A stretch of DNA of 64,000 nucleotides from Octopus vulgaris. Its lineage: Eukaryota. How positions within the stretch are numbered: the stretch's first letter is position 1; every line of letters begins with the position of its first letter. This document shows, piece by piece, positions 1 to 10,890 of this stretch. The stretch lies in NCBI GenBank assembly GCA_951406725.2, contig OX597840.1:34534001-34598000 (forward strand). The letters run 5' to 3'. The notes beneath the pieces are model-generated. The model saw only the letters and a program-made list of their open reading frames with translations. It made no database searches and was not told the DNA's origin. A program made the position numbers and the translations under genes.

Positions 1-751
1 GTGTGTGTGTGTGTATGTATGTATGTTTGTATGTATGTATGTATGTGTGTTTGTGTGTGCAGATATGGGGGGAAAATAAAACTTCGGATAAAGAAAATTA
101 CATCATTAATTGTTGAATTCACCGTAAAAAACCGTATTTTTTGTTGTCTAAAACAGTGAATTTCTCGAAATTCATCTAAATGATATTTGGATCAACTTGT
201 CACACATAAGGAAATTATTACCTTGGATGTATATTCTACTTTGCATTTAGTCTAATTTGTTAACCAAATTCGTTAAAAACTGCGTGCTTTATTAATATTA
301 TTAATGGATTTTAAACTCCATTTTCTCTTTCTTCTTCTGTGTGCGTGTGTTTATTAACTGAAGTTTAGCAGATCTACCTTTTTGGAATGTGTAAACGAAT
401 CGGTAAATTTTTTTTAAAAGAATTTGAAATTCTTTAATTGAAGAGGGAAAGTCCATAACTCGGCAACGAGGCCATGCTGGTACTGATTGTATTGGTCGCT
501 TTTTGCCGAACTGCTAAGTTTTGGGATCGTAAACAAACTCCGGTTGTCAAGCGGTGGTGTAGGTCAAAAACGTGCACACGCATATACATACATGTACGCA
601 TATACGCGCACACCACACGCACGACGAGCTTCTTTCAGTTTCCATCAACCACCAAATCCACTCACAAGGCTTTGGTCGACTCGGATGCTAAACAGTAAAG
701 TAAATAAAACACACAAAAAGTCATTTTTTACACAAAGTAAATAAAACAAAG

Positions 752-1111
752 GATCGCCTAGTCACGACTAGCTAGTGCGGATGCGTGAGTACGCGAGTGC
801 GCGCACCGGGACCACTTTTCTTAAGTAGTACCAAAAGTCTATAATTCTTTAGCCATTCAACAAGTTTCCTCATCGTCAATGCGCAAAATAAAAACAGTTA
901 ACACAATATCGATTTTCTAGAGCCTTTTGGTTCCGAAGCGTTTCTGGATTACTGATTTTTCTGAACCAGGAGTTGTTAAACAAAGTAAATAATTTTTTAA
1001 ACAGAGTAAATAACACAAAAACACAAAGTAAAGATCGACTAGTCATGACTAGCTAGCGCGGATGCGCGAGTACGCGAGTGCGCGCACCGGGACCACTGTT
1101 CTCAAGTAGTA
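752..1111. repeat. Pair of ~79-bp CpG-rich direct repeats (752-830 and 1033-1111)
   Basis: gatcg(c/a)ctagtca(c/t)gactagctag(t/c)gcggatgcg(t/c)gagtacgcgagtgcgcgcaccgggaccact(t/g)ttct(t/c)aagtagta occurs twice, 281 bp apart, each preceded by acacaaagtaaa-type units. Confidence 0.9.
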
Positions 1112-1567
1112 GCAGTGTCTCGAAAGTTGGTTGTTATTCCTGTATTCTATATGATGAGCATAGGCATATAATAAAAGGAATGCCCCATTTACGTTTAACT
1201 TTTCTACTCTAATATCATTTGTAAGTATTCATTAATAAACGTATTAACCTACACTACAAATAGAAAATATTCTGGGTGGATACCCTGCAATGTATCCGGT
1301 TCCTGGTGTTTTGGCATTCGTTATGCAACGGTCATGAGCAGGTTGCAATAATAGAATAGGCAAAAATGGTAATGGAATTCTTTGTCTTCTGGTTATTAAG
1401 TTGTTTCAAAAATTATTAAACATAGTCTCGGGCGTGGGTGGCTGTGTGGAGAAGATTGCTGCCTAACCATGTGGTTTTGGGTTCGGTTCCACTGTGCGGC
1501 ATCTTGGCCAATTTCTACTCTATCACCCGACCGTAAAAAAACCTTGTAACTGAATTAGGTAGACAGA

Positions 1568-1604
<37 letters not shown>

Positions 1605-1633
1605 TATGTATATATACATATATATGTATATAT

Positions 1634-1968
1634 AAACAATTGCAGTTAGGAAGGTGTTTATAAGCCATTTAAGAAACACACAAAAACCGTTACATCACTT
1701 CAACATTTAAATTTAATTTGTCAAAATATTTTCGTCGCTTTGAGACTGAGACCTGTTCACTGACAAAACTTTGTGCTGCATCTGAGAAAGTAACAGTTAA
1801 TTCGCGGTCTCAAAGCGACGAAAATATTTTGACAAATTTAAATGTTGAAGTGAATCTAACGGTTTTGTGTTTCTTAAATGGCTTATAAACACCTTCCACG
1901 CTGCAATTGTTTTCGTTCCGGCACACGATCTCAGATCAGGTCACTCGCTATGCAAGTACGTCTCCGTA
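1634..1968. mobile_element. Penelope-like element fragment arranged as inverted partial LTRs
   Basis: About 1634-1746 is the reverse complement of about 1806-1912 (aaacaattgcag...gtcgctttgagac versus gtctcaaagcgac...ctgcaattgttt). It is flanked by (TA)n and carries a hammerhead-like motif. A further partial copy lies at about 44676-44820. Confidence 0.6.
1717..1767 (-). ncRNA. Minimal type I hammerhead ribozyme motif with variant G3-C8 core
   Basis: The minus strand reads UUUGUCA-GUGAACA-G-GUCUC-AGUCUCAAA-GCGAC-GAAA-AUAU-UU-UGACAAA. This gives a perfect 7-bp stem I, core boxes, stem II with one mismatch, and palindromic AUAU in place of stem III. Confidence 0.65.
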
Positions 1969-2200
1969 ATATATATAAAAACGTTTATAATGATATTTCA
2001 TCTTTATTGGGTTTAATCGAAACAGCTGTAAGGGACGTTTTATTTCTGTTGATAATAAATTATTATCTATATTTCCATTTTCTTATAATATATGCCCCTC
2101 GTCAACTACCCCAGGACAATTACCACTTCCCTGGTTAATTACCCCTTCTCCAATATATTAAGTTTTAAATCATCTGGGCATAGTTTCGGTTGTAGTAGCA

Positions 2201-2952
2201 CAGATTTCCGTCGATTTCCGTAAAAAACTTTTATTTTTTTACATAAGTAATGAGAGCGAAAGAGACTAAGAGGAAGCGATTTTACGACGAGAAGGTTTCA
2301 CTTTGAAGTCGGCCTGTGTGTGTTTGATGGGGTGTGGGAGACAGACAGTATGTTGTGTAAGTGAAGTGCTTCTGTTAGTGTGTGTGAAGAGACAGACATA
2401 CATATACACATACACCGAGTAAAAAATTACTATGAATCGGCCATACATACATACACACACACACATACATAGATACATACACACACACACATACATACAT
2501 ACATACACACACACATACTTACACACACACACACACACATAGATACATACACACACACACATACATGCAGACATACATATACACATACACCGAGTAAAAA
2601 ATTACGATGAATCGGCCATACATACATACATACACACACACATACTTACACACACATACATAGATACATACACACACACACACATACATGCATACATACA
2701 TATACACATACACCGAGTAAAAAATCAGTTATCTCTCTCTTTCACACATTACTCTCTCTGTCTCTTCGCACACACTAACAGAAGCACTTCACTTACACAA
2801 CATACTGTCTGTCTCCCACACCCCATCAAACACACACAGGCCGACTTCAAAGTGAAACCTTCTCGTCGTAAAATCGCTTCCTCTTAGTCTCTTTCGCTCT
2901 CATTACTTATGTAAAAAAATAAAAGTTTTTTACGGAAATCGACGGAAATCTG
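2201..2952. mobile_element. Foldback/MITE-like element with ~196-bp near-perfect inverted arms
   Basis: 2201-2396 is the reverse complement of 2757-2952, apart from T-run length and about one substitution. The spacer holds three microsatellite-containing units ending cacatacaccgagtaaaaaa. Confidence 0.85.
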
Positions 2953-3216
2953 ATCTACGACATGCGAAACTTCGCCCAATGTTGTCCTCAGGGGTAATTG
3001 CCCATGGGGTGGGGGTTAAATGTCTGAGACTGTGCACGCGCATATGCCTACCTCTAAACATACATACAAGCATACACACACACACATACACATATATATA
3101 TAACGTATATAGCCTCTTTCTTTCAGTTTCCGCCTCCCAATTCTACTCGCAAGGATTTGATTGGCCCTAGTATAGAAAAGATACTCGCTCAAGGTGCTTA
3201 TCCACTATGCCTGTAC

Positions 3217-3256
<40 letters not shown>

Positions 3257-4457
3257 CCTTTTCTTTTTTATTTGTTTTGGTCATTATACTGCAACCATGT
3301 AACAGGTTTTTTTTATCCTGGTACTTATTCTATCCTTGTTTTTGCCGCACCGCTAAGTTACAAAGACGTCAACCAAATAGTGGTCGCCCCCCCCCCCGCA
3401 CACACACACACACACACACACACAAGTATATACACAACCAGTTGCTTTCAGTTATGTCTTCCAAATCTATTCCATGCTTTCGGTAGGACCGGATCTATAT
3501 CGTGGCTGAGCTGTGAACTTCTTACTACTTTAAGCGCGCGCGCACACAGAAACGCGCGCATACATACATGTATATACACACTCGTACATGTGTATACATA
3601 TACATGTGTATGTGTGTGCATGTGTGAGAATATGTTATCTTTTGCTTGGAAAAATGGACTAAAATGAAAGAAAAAAAAGACGCTGTCTACAGACTGGAAC
3701 AAGTAAAAGATAAAAGATAAAAGATAATCGTAATCTTTATCTTCGGAAACGTATCTCTGTGGAATTGGATTAATAAAATGCATATTATCCAGACGGTTAG
3801 GAGGGGAGAAAAGAAAGTCTAGAGCGGAGCACCAAACTGTAGTTATGCATAGACACAAGAGTGTTTGCGAATGCTGAAGAAGGTAGATTCTCACTCAGGG
3901 CTCGATCCTATTGCATGGCTTATTGGATCTCACATCGATCCAATTGAATAAGTGGAAACTGTTCGATTGCATCACGGAAGAGTAGATTTTGGTCGCCTTA
4001 TTGCGACAAAATTTCAACTCCGCAGGAAATAAATTAGAAGCCAGTTTCATAGCATTTAAACGGAAAGTTGATTCGGACAGGGACCCGACGCGACCTCAAA
4101 ATTTACCAAGTCCTTTCTCGCCAAGTAGTGTGAATACGCACACCACCCGTTTTCGGCATAACAAAAACCCTAACCCTTATAAGGCACCAAAAAAGAATGA
4201 CTCTCCCCAGACACAACAAAAATCCTAACCCTAATCCTAAACACCGGGCGTACGTATTCTTTACTTTCGCCGGACTGTGGCCATGCTGTGCTGGGGCACC
4301 TTCCCGAAGGGTTTAGTTGAGCAAATCGACACCAGTATTTTTCTTTTAAAGTATGGTACTTAATCTATCTTTGTCGAATCGCTAAGTTACGGGATCGCAA
4401 ACAAGCAGTTTTGAAGCGGTGGTTGGGTTCAAACACAAAGACACATATATGCACATA

Positions 4458-4821
4458 TCTCTCTCTATATATAACTGAAGTTGTCTGGTGGTTGGGACCA
4501 AAAACACAAAGACACGTGCACAAATATATATATGATAGAAGAAGGCTTGCTCTTCCTTCCGTAGAAGACAAAATTCAAATCGGACCATGTTAACCAAAAA
4601 TTATTTACATCAAAAAGGTGCTTTTTTTTTTCTATGAAAACCCCTATTTTTTACGATTTTTTGACTGCTGTGTCGCCATTTTTCGGTGTATTTCAACCAG
4701 AATAATGTTCACTTAAAGAGAATAACAAGCTACATAATGCAGAATTTTTACTTTTCAAAAATTCCAATTCTAAAGGGTCGAAAAGAAAACAAACCCGAGC
4801 AACGCTGGACTATACTGCTAG
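4458..4821 (+). mobile_element. Helitron family A copy (internally rearranged)
   Basis: Shares tgatagaagaaggcttgctctt...aattccaattctaaagggtcgaaa and ends ...atactgCTAG|T. Confidence 0.75.
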
Positions 4822-5728
4822 TATATATATACATATAAATAATATATATATATATATACATATACACACACACATACATATATTTATATGCACGACGGAC
4901 CAGTTCCCGTCTACCAAAGCCAAATCCATTCTATTCTGGGTCTCTAGTGGAAAACACTTGCGCAAGGTACCACACAATGGAACTGAACCTGGAACTATAT
5001 CGTTGGGGGAAATGAAATATCATCTTTGTGTGTGTGTGTGTGGAGTGGGGGGTCGAAGTCTTCTGGCAGGATTTGAACTCAGTGGTTACTAATCTACAAT
5101 ATTAACCACTGCTCAGCGCGTTACCATTTGTTCCACACACTTAGAGACCTGATTACTTTGGATTGTATTCAGGTCATAATTAGTAATGGTTTCAAATTGT
5201 GGGTCAAGGCCAGCATTGTTAGGGGTTCGGGTAAGTCGATTACCTAGTGCTCAGTTGGTACTTTTGTTTATCGACCCTGAAAAAATAAAAAGGCAAAGTC
5301 GAATTTGAGGTAAATTTAAACTCAAAATGTAAGAAGGGTAAAAGACCCCCTTCGGTCCTGAATGACCCTAGGATCGAACCTAGAAAGTTTCTTTGGATGG
5401 CAACAGTGATTCAAAAATGCAAGCGATTTTCGTCCCACTCCACTTCCGTAATTTTTCAGTTTTCTCTGATTTCGATTTTGTTTTTCGTCTTTTTTTTTAA
5501 AAATCTGTTTTAAATATCTGAGATTTAAATTGTTTTATTATTTTTTAAAAATAAATATTTCCTAACTTTCTCCTTTCAACTTTTGAAACTTACAAAAAAT
5601 GTATAAATTGCATGGCAGTTTCATGGTTGATCGAATCACCTGGAACACTCGCCGTCGGAACCGATAAATCGCTTCTCTTACTCTTAGATAATTTCCAATT
5701 CTGTTTGGTTTTCCATTCTGTTTCAAGT

Positions 5729-6100
5729 GCTGGAAGCACTCCGTCGGTTACGACGACGAGGGTTCCGGTTGATCCGAATGAACGGAACAGCCTGCTCGTG
5801 AAATTAACGTGTAAGTGGCTGAGCACTCCACAGACACGTGTACCCTTAACGTAGTTCTCGGGGGATAATCAGCGTGACACAGAGAGTGACAAGGCCGGCC
5901 CTTTGAAATACAGGTACAACAGAAACAGGAAGTAAGAGTGAGAGAAAGAGTACAGCAGGGATCACCACCATCCCCTGCCGGAGCCTCGTGGAGCTTTAGG
6001 TGTTTTCGCTCAATAAACACAACGCCCGGTCTGGGAATCGAAACCGCGATACTATGACCGCGAGTCCGCTGCCCTAACCACTGGGCCATTGCGCCTCCAC
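5729..6100 (-). mobile_element. tRNA-derived SINE, family 3 (tail type a)
   Basis: Minus-strand head GGAGGCGCAATGGCCCAGTGGTTAGG...GGTTTCGATTCCC with a 12-bp TSD tctgtttcaagt (5717-5728 and 6101-6112). Confidence 0.85.
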
Positions 6101-6305
6101 TCTGTTTCAAGTACCTACCGTGTCTCATGATTCTGGAGAGAAAAAAATGGGGGGGGGGATCATTTGGCTATCTCTCTCTCTTCCGTAATATTTCAAGCTT
6201 CGACTTTTTTCGAAAATAATTTTCGTCATATCTATGATTTTAAGCGCGAGATTTATAATTCTTTCGAGTTCCTTTTCCACTTTTGTCCTCCTCTTCCGCT
6301 TCTCT

Positions 6306-6518
6306 TTACTCTTTTTACTTGTTTCAGTCATTTGACTGCGGCCATGCTGGAGCACCGCCTTTAGTCGAGCAAATCGACCCCGGGACTTATTCTTTTGTAA
6401 GCCCAGTACTTATTCTATCGGTCTATTTTTTTGCCGAACCGCTAAGTGACGGGGACGTAAACACACTAGCATCGGTTGTCAAGCAATGCTAGAGGGACAA
6501 ACACAGACACACAAACAC

Positions 6519-6558
<40 letters not shown>

Positions 6559-6726
6559 ATATATACGACGGGCTTTCAGTTTCCGTCTACCAAATCCACT
6601 CACAAGGCATTGGTCGGCCTGAGGCTATAGCAGAAGACACTTGCCCAAGATGCCAGGCAGTGGGACTGAACCCGGAACCATGTGGTTGGTTAGCAAGCTA
6701 CTTACCACACAGCCACTCCTACGCCT
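6306..6726 (-). mobile_element. tRNA-derived CORE-like SINE, family 1 (octopus OR-like), CpG-intact copy
   Basis: Head GGCGTAGGAGTGGCTGTGTGGTAAG (A box) ...GGGTTCAGTCCC (B box), then TTGGGCAAGTG, an internal (TA)/(TG) microsatellite and the tail ...ATGACTGAAACAAGTAAAAAGAG. Many copies in the window. Confidence 0.85.
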
Positions 6727-7007
6727 ATACTTCCTTAACTTTTATTCCGTAACTTTTTTTTCCGTAACTTTTTTTTCGAAAAAATATTTTCGGGTTAACA
6801 TTTTCTAAGCATCAGAGATTAAGGTTGTATGTGAAAAAATATTTTCACAAATTCATTTATTTTGAAGAGTTTGAGGGTTTCAGTTTTCTAAAACTTTTGT
6901 TTCTCACTCCCTAACTTATTTTTCATTTAATTTTTTTTTTGTATATTCTATTGCTTTTATTTACCAGCAACAGATAACTAATTTATTACAAGTTCCATAG
7001 ATTTGTT

Positions 7008-7424
7008 GGATCTTTTCGGTTTGAACGGCAGTTTTTTCTAGCGGTGTCATATGAAATTGTCACCCATAATTATGACCCTAGTATCGATCTATTGCAATTC
7101 AATCTGTTTTAGGGTTAGGGTTAGGGTGGGGGAAAGGGTATCTTTTTTCTTCACAAATGTAAATAAACCCAATCTGTTTCTTAAACGAGGGACATATTCA
7201 TACGGCACAGAATGTTTTCATCTCAATAGACGTCAGTGATTGGTTGAAATTGCAGAAATTAAAGAAAAAAGACAAAGCAAATATCTTACAAACTATAGAA
7301 TTTTCTCAATAAAGCCAAGAGAAAAAGATGTTTTATAAACACATTCTACCAGTATACGAAGTTTGAAAGTGTTTAGTTACGTGGAAATTATGTTAAAAAA
7401 CTGCCATTCAAACCGAAAAGATCC
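7008..7424. mobile_element. GG-terminal TIR MITE (Merlin/MULE-like) containing TTAGGG repeats
   Basis: TIR GGATCTTTTCGGTTTGAACGGCAGTTTTT / AAAAACTGCCATTCAAACCGAAAAGATCC. Flanks are ccatagatttgtt and ccatagagttgtt. A near-identical copy lies at 8695-9093. Confidence 0.85.
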
Positions 7425-7914
7425 CCATAGAGTTGTTATAAGGAAACAAACTACCAAAGCTACTAGTATTATATAAATGTTATGCCAGCACTAAAAGATG
7501 ACTAAATACCACGTTTCCTGACTGCGAAGTATTCAGCAACATTACCAACGTGTCTGCTATGTGCGTACGTGCACATACACACACACAGGTATATTATACA
7601 CATAGGTTCACACAGGTACGTAGTAGATACACGCGCATACCCTCAAACACCCACCCGTTTTAGTTTACGTAGGAGAGACTTACCATTCTTGGTCGGTAAA
7701 TTAATTTTAACTTATCTCGCCGCTCCTTTCATCTTCCAAACACATTCTCTAGATTTCAATTCCCCTCTAAAATTTCTCATGGTGTAAACCTGATCTTTGT
7801 AAATCGCCGAAAGAAACGGTTTCATTCTTAATGCAAAGCAATATGATGGGGTGTGTGTGTGTGTGTGTTTTAGATGTATATATATATGCTGTAGATGATG
7901 TTTAATAACCTTAG

Positions 7915-8357
7915 GATCAAATTGCGATCTTTCGTTTCTAGTAGACCTTTCCGTCGATTTCCGTAAATTTTTTTTTTCTACATATGGGCTTGCGGGAACT
8001 TTTGAAGTAATATACATACATACACACATACACCGAGTAAAAAATTTCACTTATCTCTTTCTTTCACACATTACTCTCTCTGTCTCTTCACACACACTGA
8101 CAGAAGCACTTCACTTACACAACATACTGTCTGTCTCCCATCAAACACACACACACACACACACACATGTACATCAATGCTTCCCATGCTCGGTAACTTC
8201 AAAAGAACTTCCCTCGTCATACAATCGCTTTCTCTTAGTCTCTTTCGCTCTCATTACTTCAAAAGTTCCCGCAAGCCCATATGTAAAAAAAAAAGAAGTT
8301 TTTTACGGAAATCGACGGAAAGGTCTACTAGAGACGAAAGATTGCCGGATCGAATTT
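7915..8357. mobile_element. MITE related to the 2201-2952 element, with ~90-bp TIRs
   Basis: ctttcgtttctagtagacctttccgtcgatttccgtaaa...gcttgcgggaacttttgaagtaat is inverted at about 8252-8345. The interior (caccgagtaaaaaa...cagaagcacttcacttacacaacatactgtctgtctccc) matches 2710-2820. Confidence 0.85.
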
Positions 8358-8694
8358 AATCGGTAAATATATTTGATGGTTTCGTGAGACAAAAAGTGCT
8401 TTGTTGCCCCCCCCCCCCCCCGTTCCTGTTTACGAGAATGTTCCTGGCGCAGAAAACCAGGATTTTGTGAAGATTGCAGATCAAATTAATTCGAATGTAA
8501 TCCGAAACCAAAGGAATGCCTATTAGTAATTCGTGAACAATTTCGGGGGAAATTCTCAATTTAAGAAAACAGAACCTTATTCACTTCACACTTGAACCCC
8601 TCCCCTTTGACATCCAGTACAATTCGTTGCTATTATGTTAAACTGTGGTATGTCCAAATTTGGCCAAATGCGTTTTTTTCTTCTTTTTACAATA

Positions 8695-9093
8695 GGATCT
8701 TTTCGGTTTGAACGGCAGTTTTTTCTAGCGGTGTCATATGAAATTGTCACCTATAATTATGACCCTAGTATCGATCTATTGCATTTCAATCTGTCTTAGG
8801 GTTAGGGTGGGGGGAAGGGTATCTTTTTTTTCTTCACAAATGTAAATCAACCCAATGTTTTTCTTAAACGAGGGACATATTCATACGGCACAGAATGTTT
8901 TTTTTTACCTCAATGGACGTCATTGATTGGTTGAAATTGCAGAAATTGAAGAAAAACAACAACTATAGAATTTTCTCAATAAAGCCAAGAGAAAAAGGTG
9001 TTTTATAAATACATTCTACCAGTATACGAAGTTTAAAATTTTTTAGTTACCTAGAAATTATGTTAAAAACTGCCGTTCAAACCGAAAAGATCC
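8695..9093. mobile_element. Second copy of the GGATCTTTTC-TIR MITE
   Basis: Same TIRs and interior as 7008-7424. No TSD visible. Confidence 0.85.
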
Positions 9094-9713
9094 GAAATGG
9101 AATGGTGAAACTATTTTTTTTCGTTTTCAGATAAAAAAAAAAACCCAACGGTTTGAACTTACGACAGTTTTGCATAATAATAGCAACGAGCTTGTAGTCA
9201 TTGTGTGTATGTGTGTGTGTGATGTGTGTAATATATAATGATATATGAAGGCGACAAATTGGTTTAGTCGTCATGGTGGATAGCTTGATTTGAGGTAATT
9301 GCTTCGGCTTTCTGCTCTTAGTTTAGATACCACCATAGTCAGCCATGATTCTTAATGCTTTCATGAACAAAGTCTTGTAGGGGAGGTATTCGGACTGCGA
9401 AAGGAACGGGCACTACTAGTTCTAAAAATGCACGCCTTATTTCACGACTTAAGAAATTAAGGGTTGAAACAAAGTGCACGCACACACACACACGGTTCTT
9501 TCAGTTTCCATCTTAGTTCGTTCACAAGGTTTGTTTGGTCCAGATCCAAAATCAAATAGTTTGGAAGAGCGAACTCTTAACCTCATACCCACGCCTGCAC
9601 TTGCTTGTGTGTGTGTGTGTGTGTGTGTGGTTACACACACACACAATCCAGCATGTTCACTTTTCCATGCTTGTATTTATTGAGGCAGAGTTTTCGTTTT
9701 TGTTGAATATTGG

Positions 9714-9930
9714 GGCGATCTTTTGGTACAAGTACCATAACTGCCAATTATAAACCCACGCGGGTTTATTTACATTTCTGAAGAAAAGAAACCCTTTCCC
9801 CCACACTTAACCCTAACCCAAACCCTAATCCTAACCCCACATATATACAAAAAAAAATTAAGGAAAATGATCTTCTTCAAATGTAAACAAACAGACTTGG
9901 CAGTTATGGTACTTGTACCGAAAGATCGCC
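9714..9930. mobile_element. GG-terminal MITE with ~34-bp TIRs and CCCTAA-like interior
   Basis: GGCGATCTTTTTGGTACAAGTACCATAACTGCCAA / TTGGCAGTTATGGTACTTGTACCGAAAGATCGCC. Confidence 0.85.
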
Positions 9931-9949
9931 ACACACACACGTGCACGCA

Positions 9950-10313
9950 CACATTGCCACCTTCTCCGCGCTGACCAGGATGTTGTTGGACAGCCACTTC
10001 TTCTTGCGTTGTTCATAGAGCCCGTGGTCATCAGGTTTGCATGACAGTTTTTATTGTAACCGGACATAGAGTTGCATTGGTTAACCTCTCCATGCACGCC
10101 ACTCTCTCTGAACCAAAACAATGGAACCCCACACTTCATAGCCTGCTGCTGTCTTAGCTCACGACCGGCCATCTGGAACATAAAAAGTGAGACATTAAGA
10201 AAATAAGAAATCCCCATTAGTGTTGTCTGTCTGTTTTTAAAATGTCATGACTTCAGTGATACTAAAAATTCTACAAGCAATTTCTAATGCCTACTTACTT
10301 TCCACCCACTCTG
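9950..10313 (-). mobile_element. Tc1/mariner fossil: left TIR plus decayed transposase N-terminus
   Basis: The minus strand begins TA|CAGAGTGGGTGGAAAG. The translation includes TTGSMNNARRSGCPTTSWSA, resembling the TGSVxxxxRSGRPRT motif after the first HTH of Tc1/mariner transposases. A TIR stub in the opposite orientation lies at about 10425. Confidence 0.6.
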
Positions 10314-10444
10314 TATGTATGTATACGATGGCCATTATTATCATGTGTGTGTATATTATATGTGTGTGTATATATTATTATATGTGTGTGTATATATATG
10401 GCCATTGCCATTGTATACATATATACAGGGTGGGTGGAAATATA

Positions 10445-10492
<48 letters not shown>

Positions 10493-10821
10493 AGAAAACA
10501 CATACACATACACACATGTACAGAGAGTGATGGTGCATGGATCAGCGGTTAGAGCGTCGGCTTCATAATCATGACATAGTCCGATTCTTGGACCGAGCTG
10601 TGTGGTGTTGTGTTCTTGAGCAAGACACTTTATTTCACGTTGCTCCAGTTCACTCAGCTGTAGAAATGAGTTGCGACATCACAGGTATCAAACTGCATCA
10701 GCCTTTGTCTTTCCCTTGGATAACACTGGTGGCGTTGAGAGGGGAGGCTGGTGTGCATGGGCAACTGCTGTTCATCCTCAAACTATTTCTTGGAGGATAA
10801 CTTTCTAGATGCTTCACCCAT

Positions 10822-10823
<2 letters not shown>

Positions 10824-10886
<63 letters not shown>
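10824..10886. repeat. (GA)n microsatellite
   Basis: Uninterrupted GA run. Confidence 0.95.

Positions 10887-10890
<4 letters not shown>

Noticed and set aside
2397-2756. Repeat-spacer-like pattern (caccgagtaaaaaa units)
   Set aside because: The spacers are near-identical microsatellites, the context is eukaryotic and there are no cas genes. This is a tandem duplication, not CRISPR.
6030-6098. tRNA-like sequence with A and B boxes
   Set aside because: It is the head of a SINE with a TSD and multiple copies, not a tRNA gene.
7108-7126. TTAGGG run as evidence of a telomere or chromosome fusion
   Set aside because: Only about three units, located inside a MITE.
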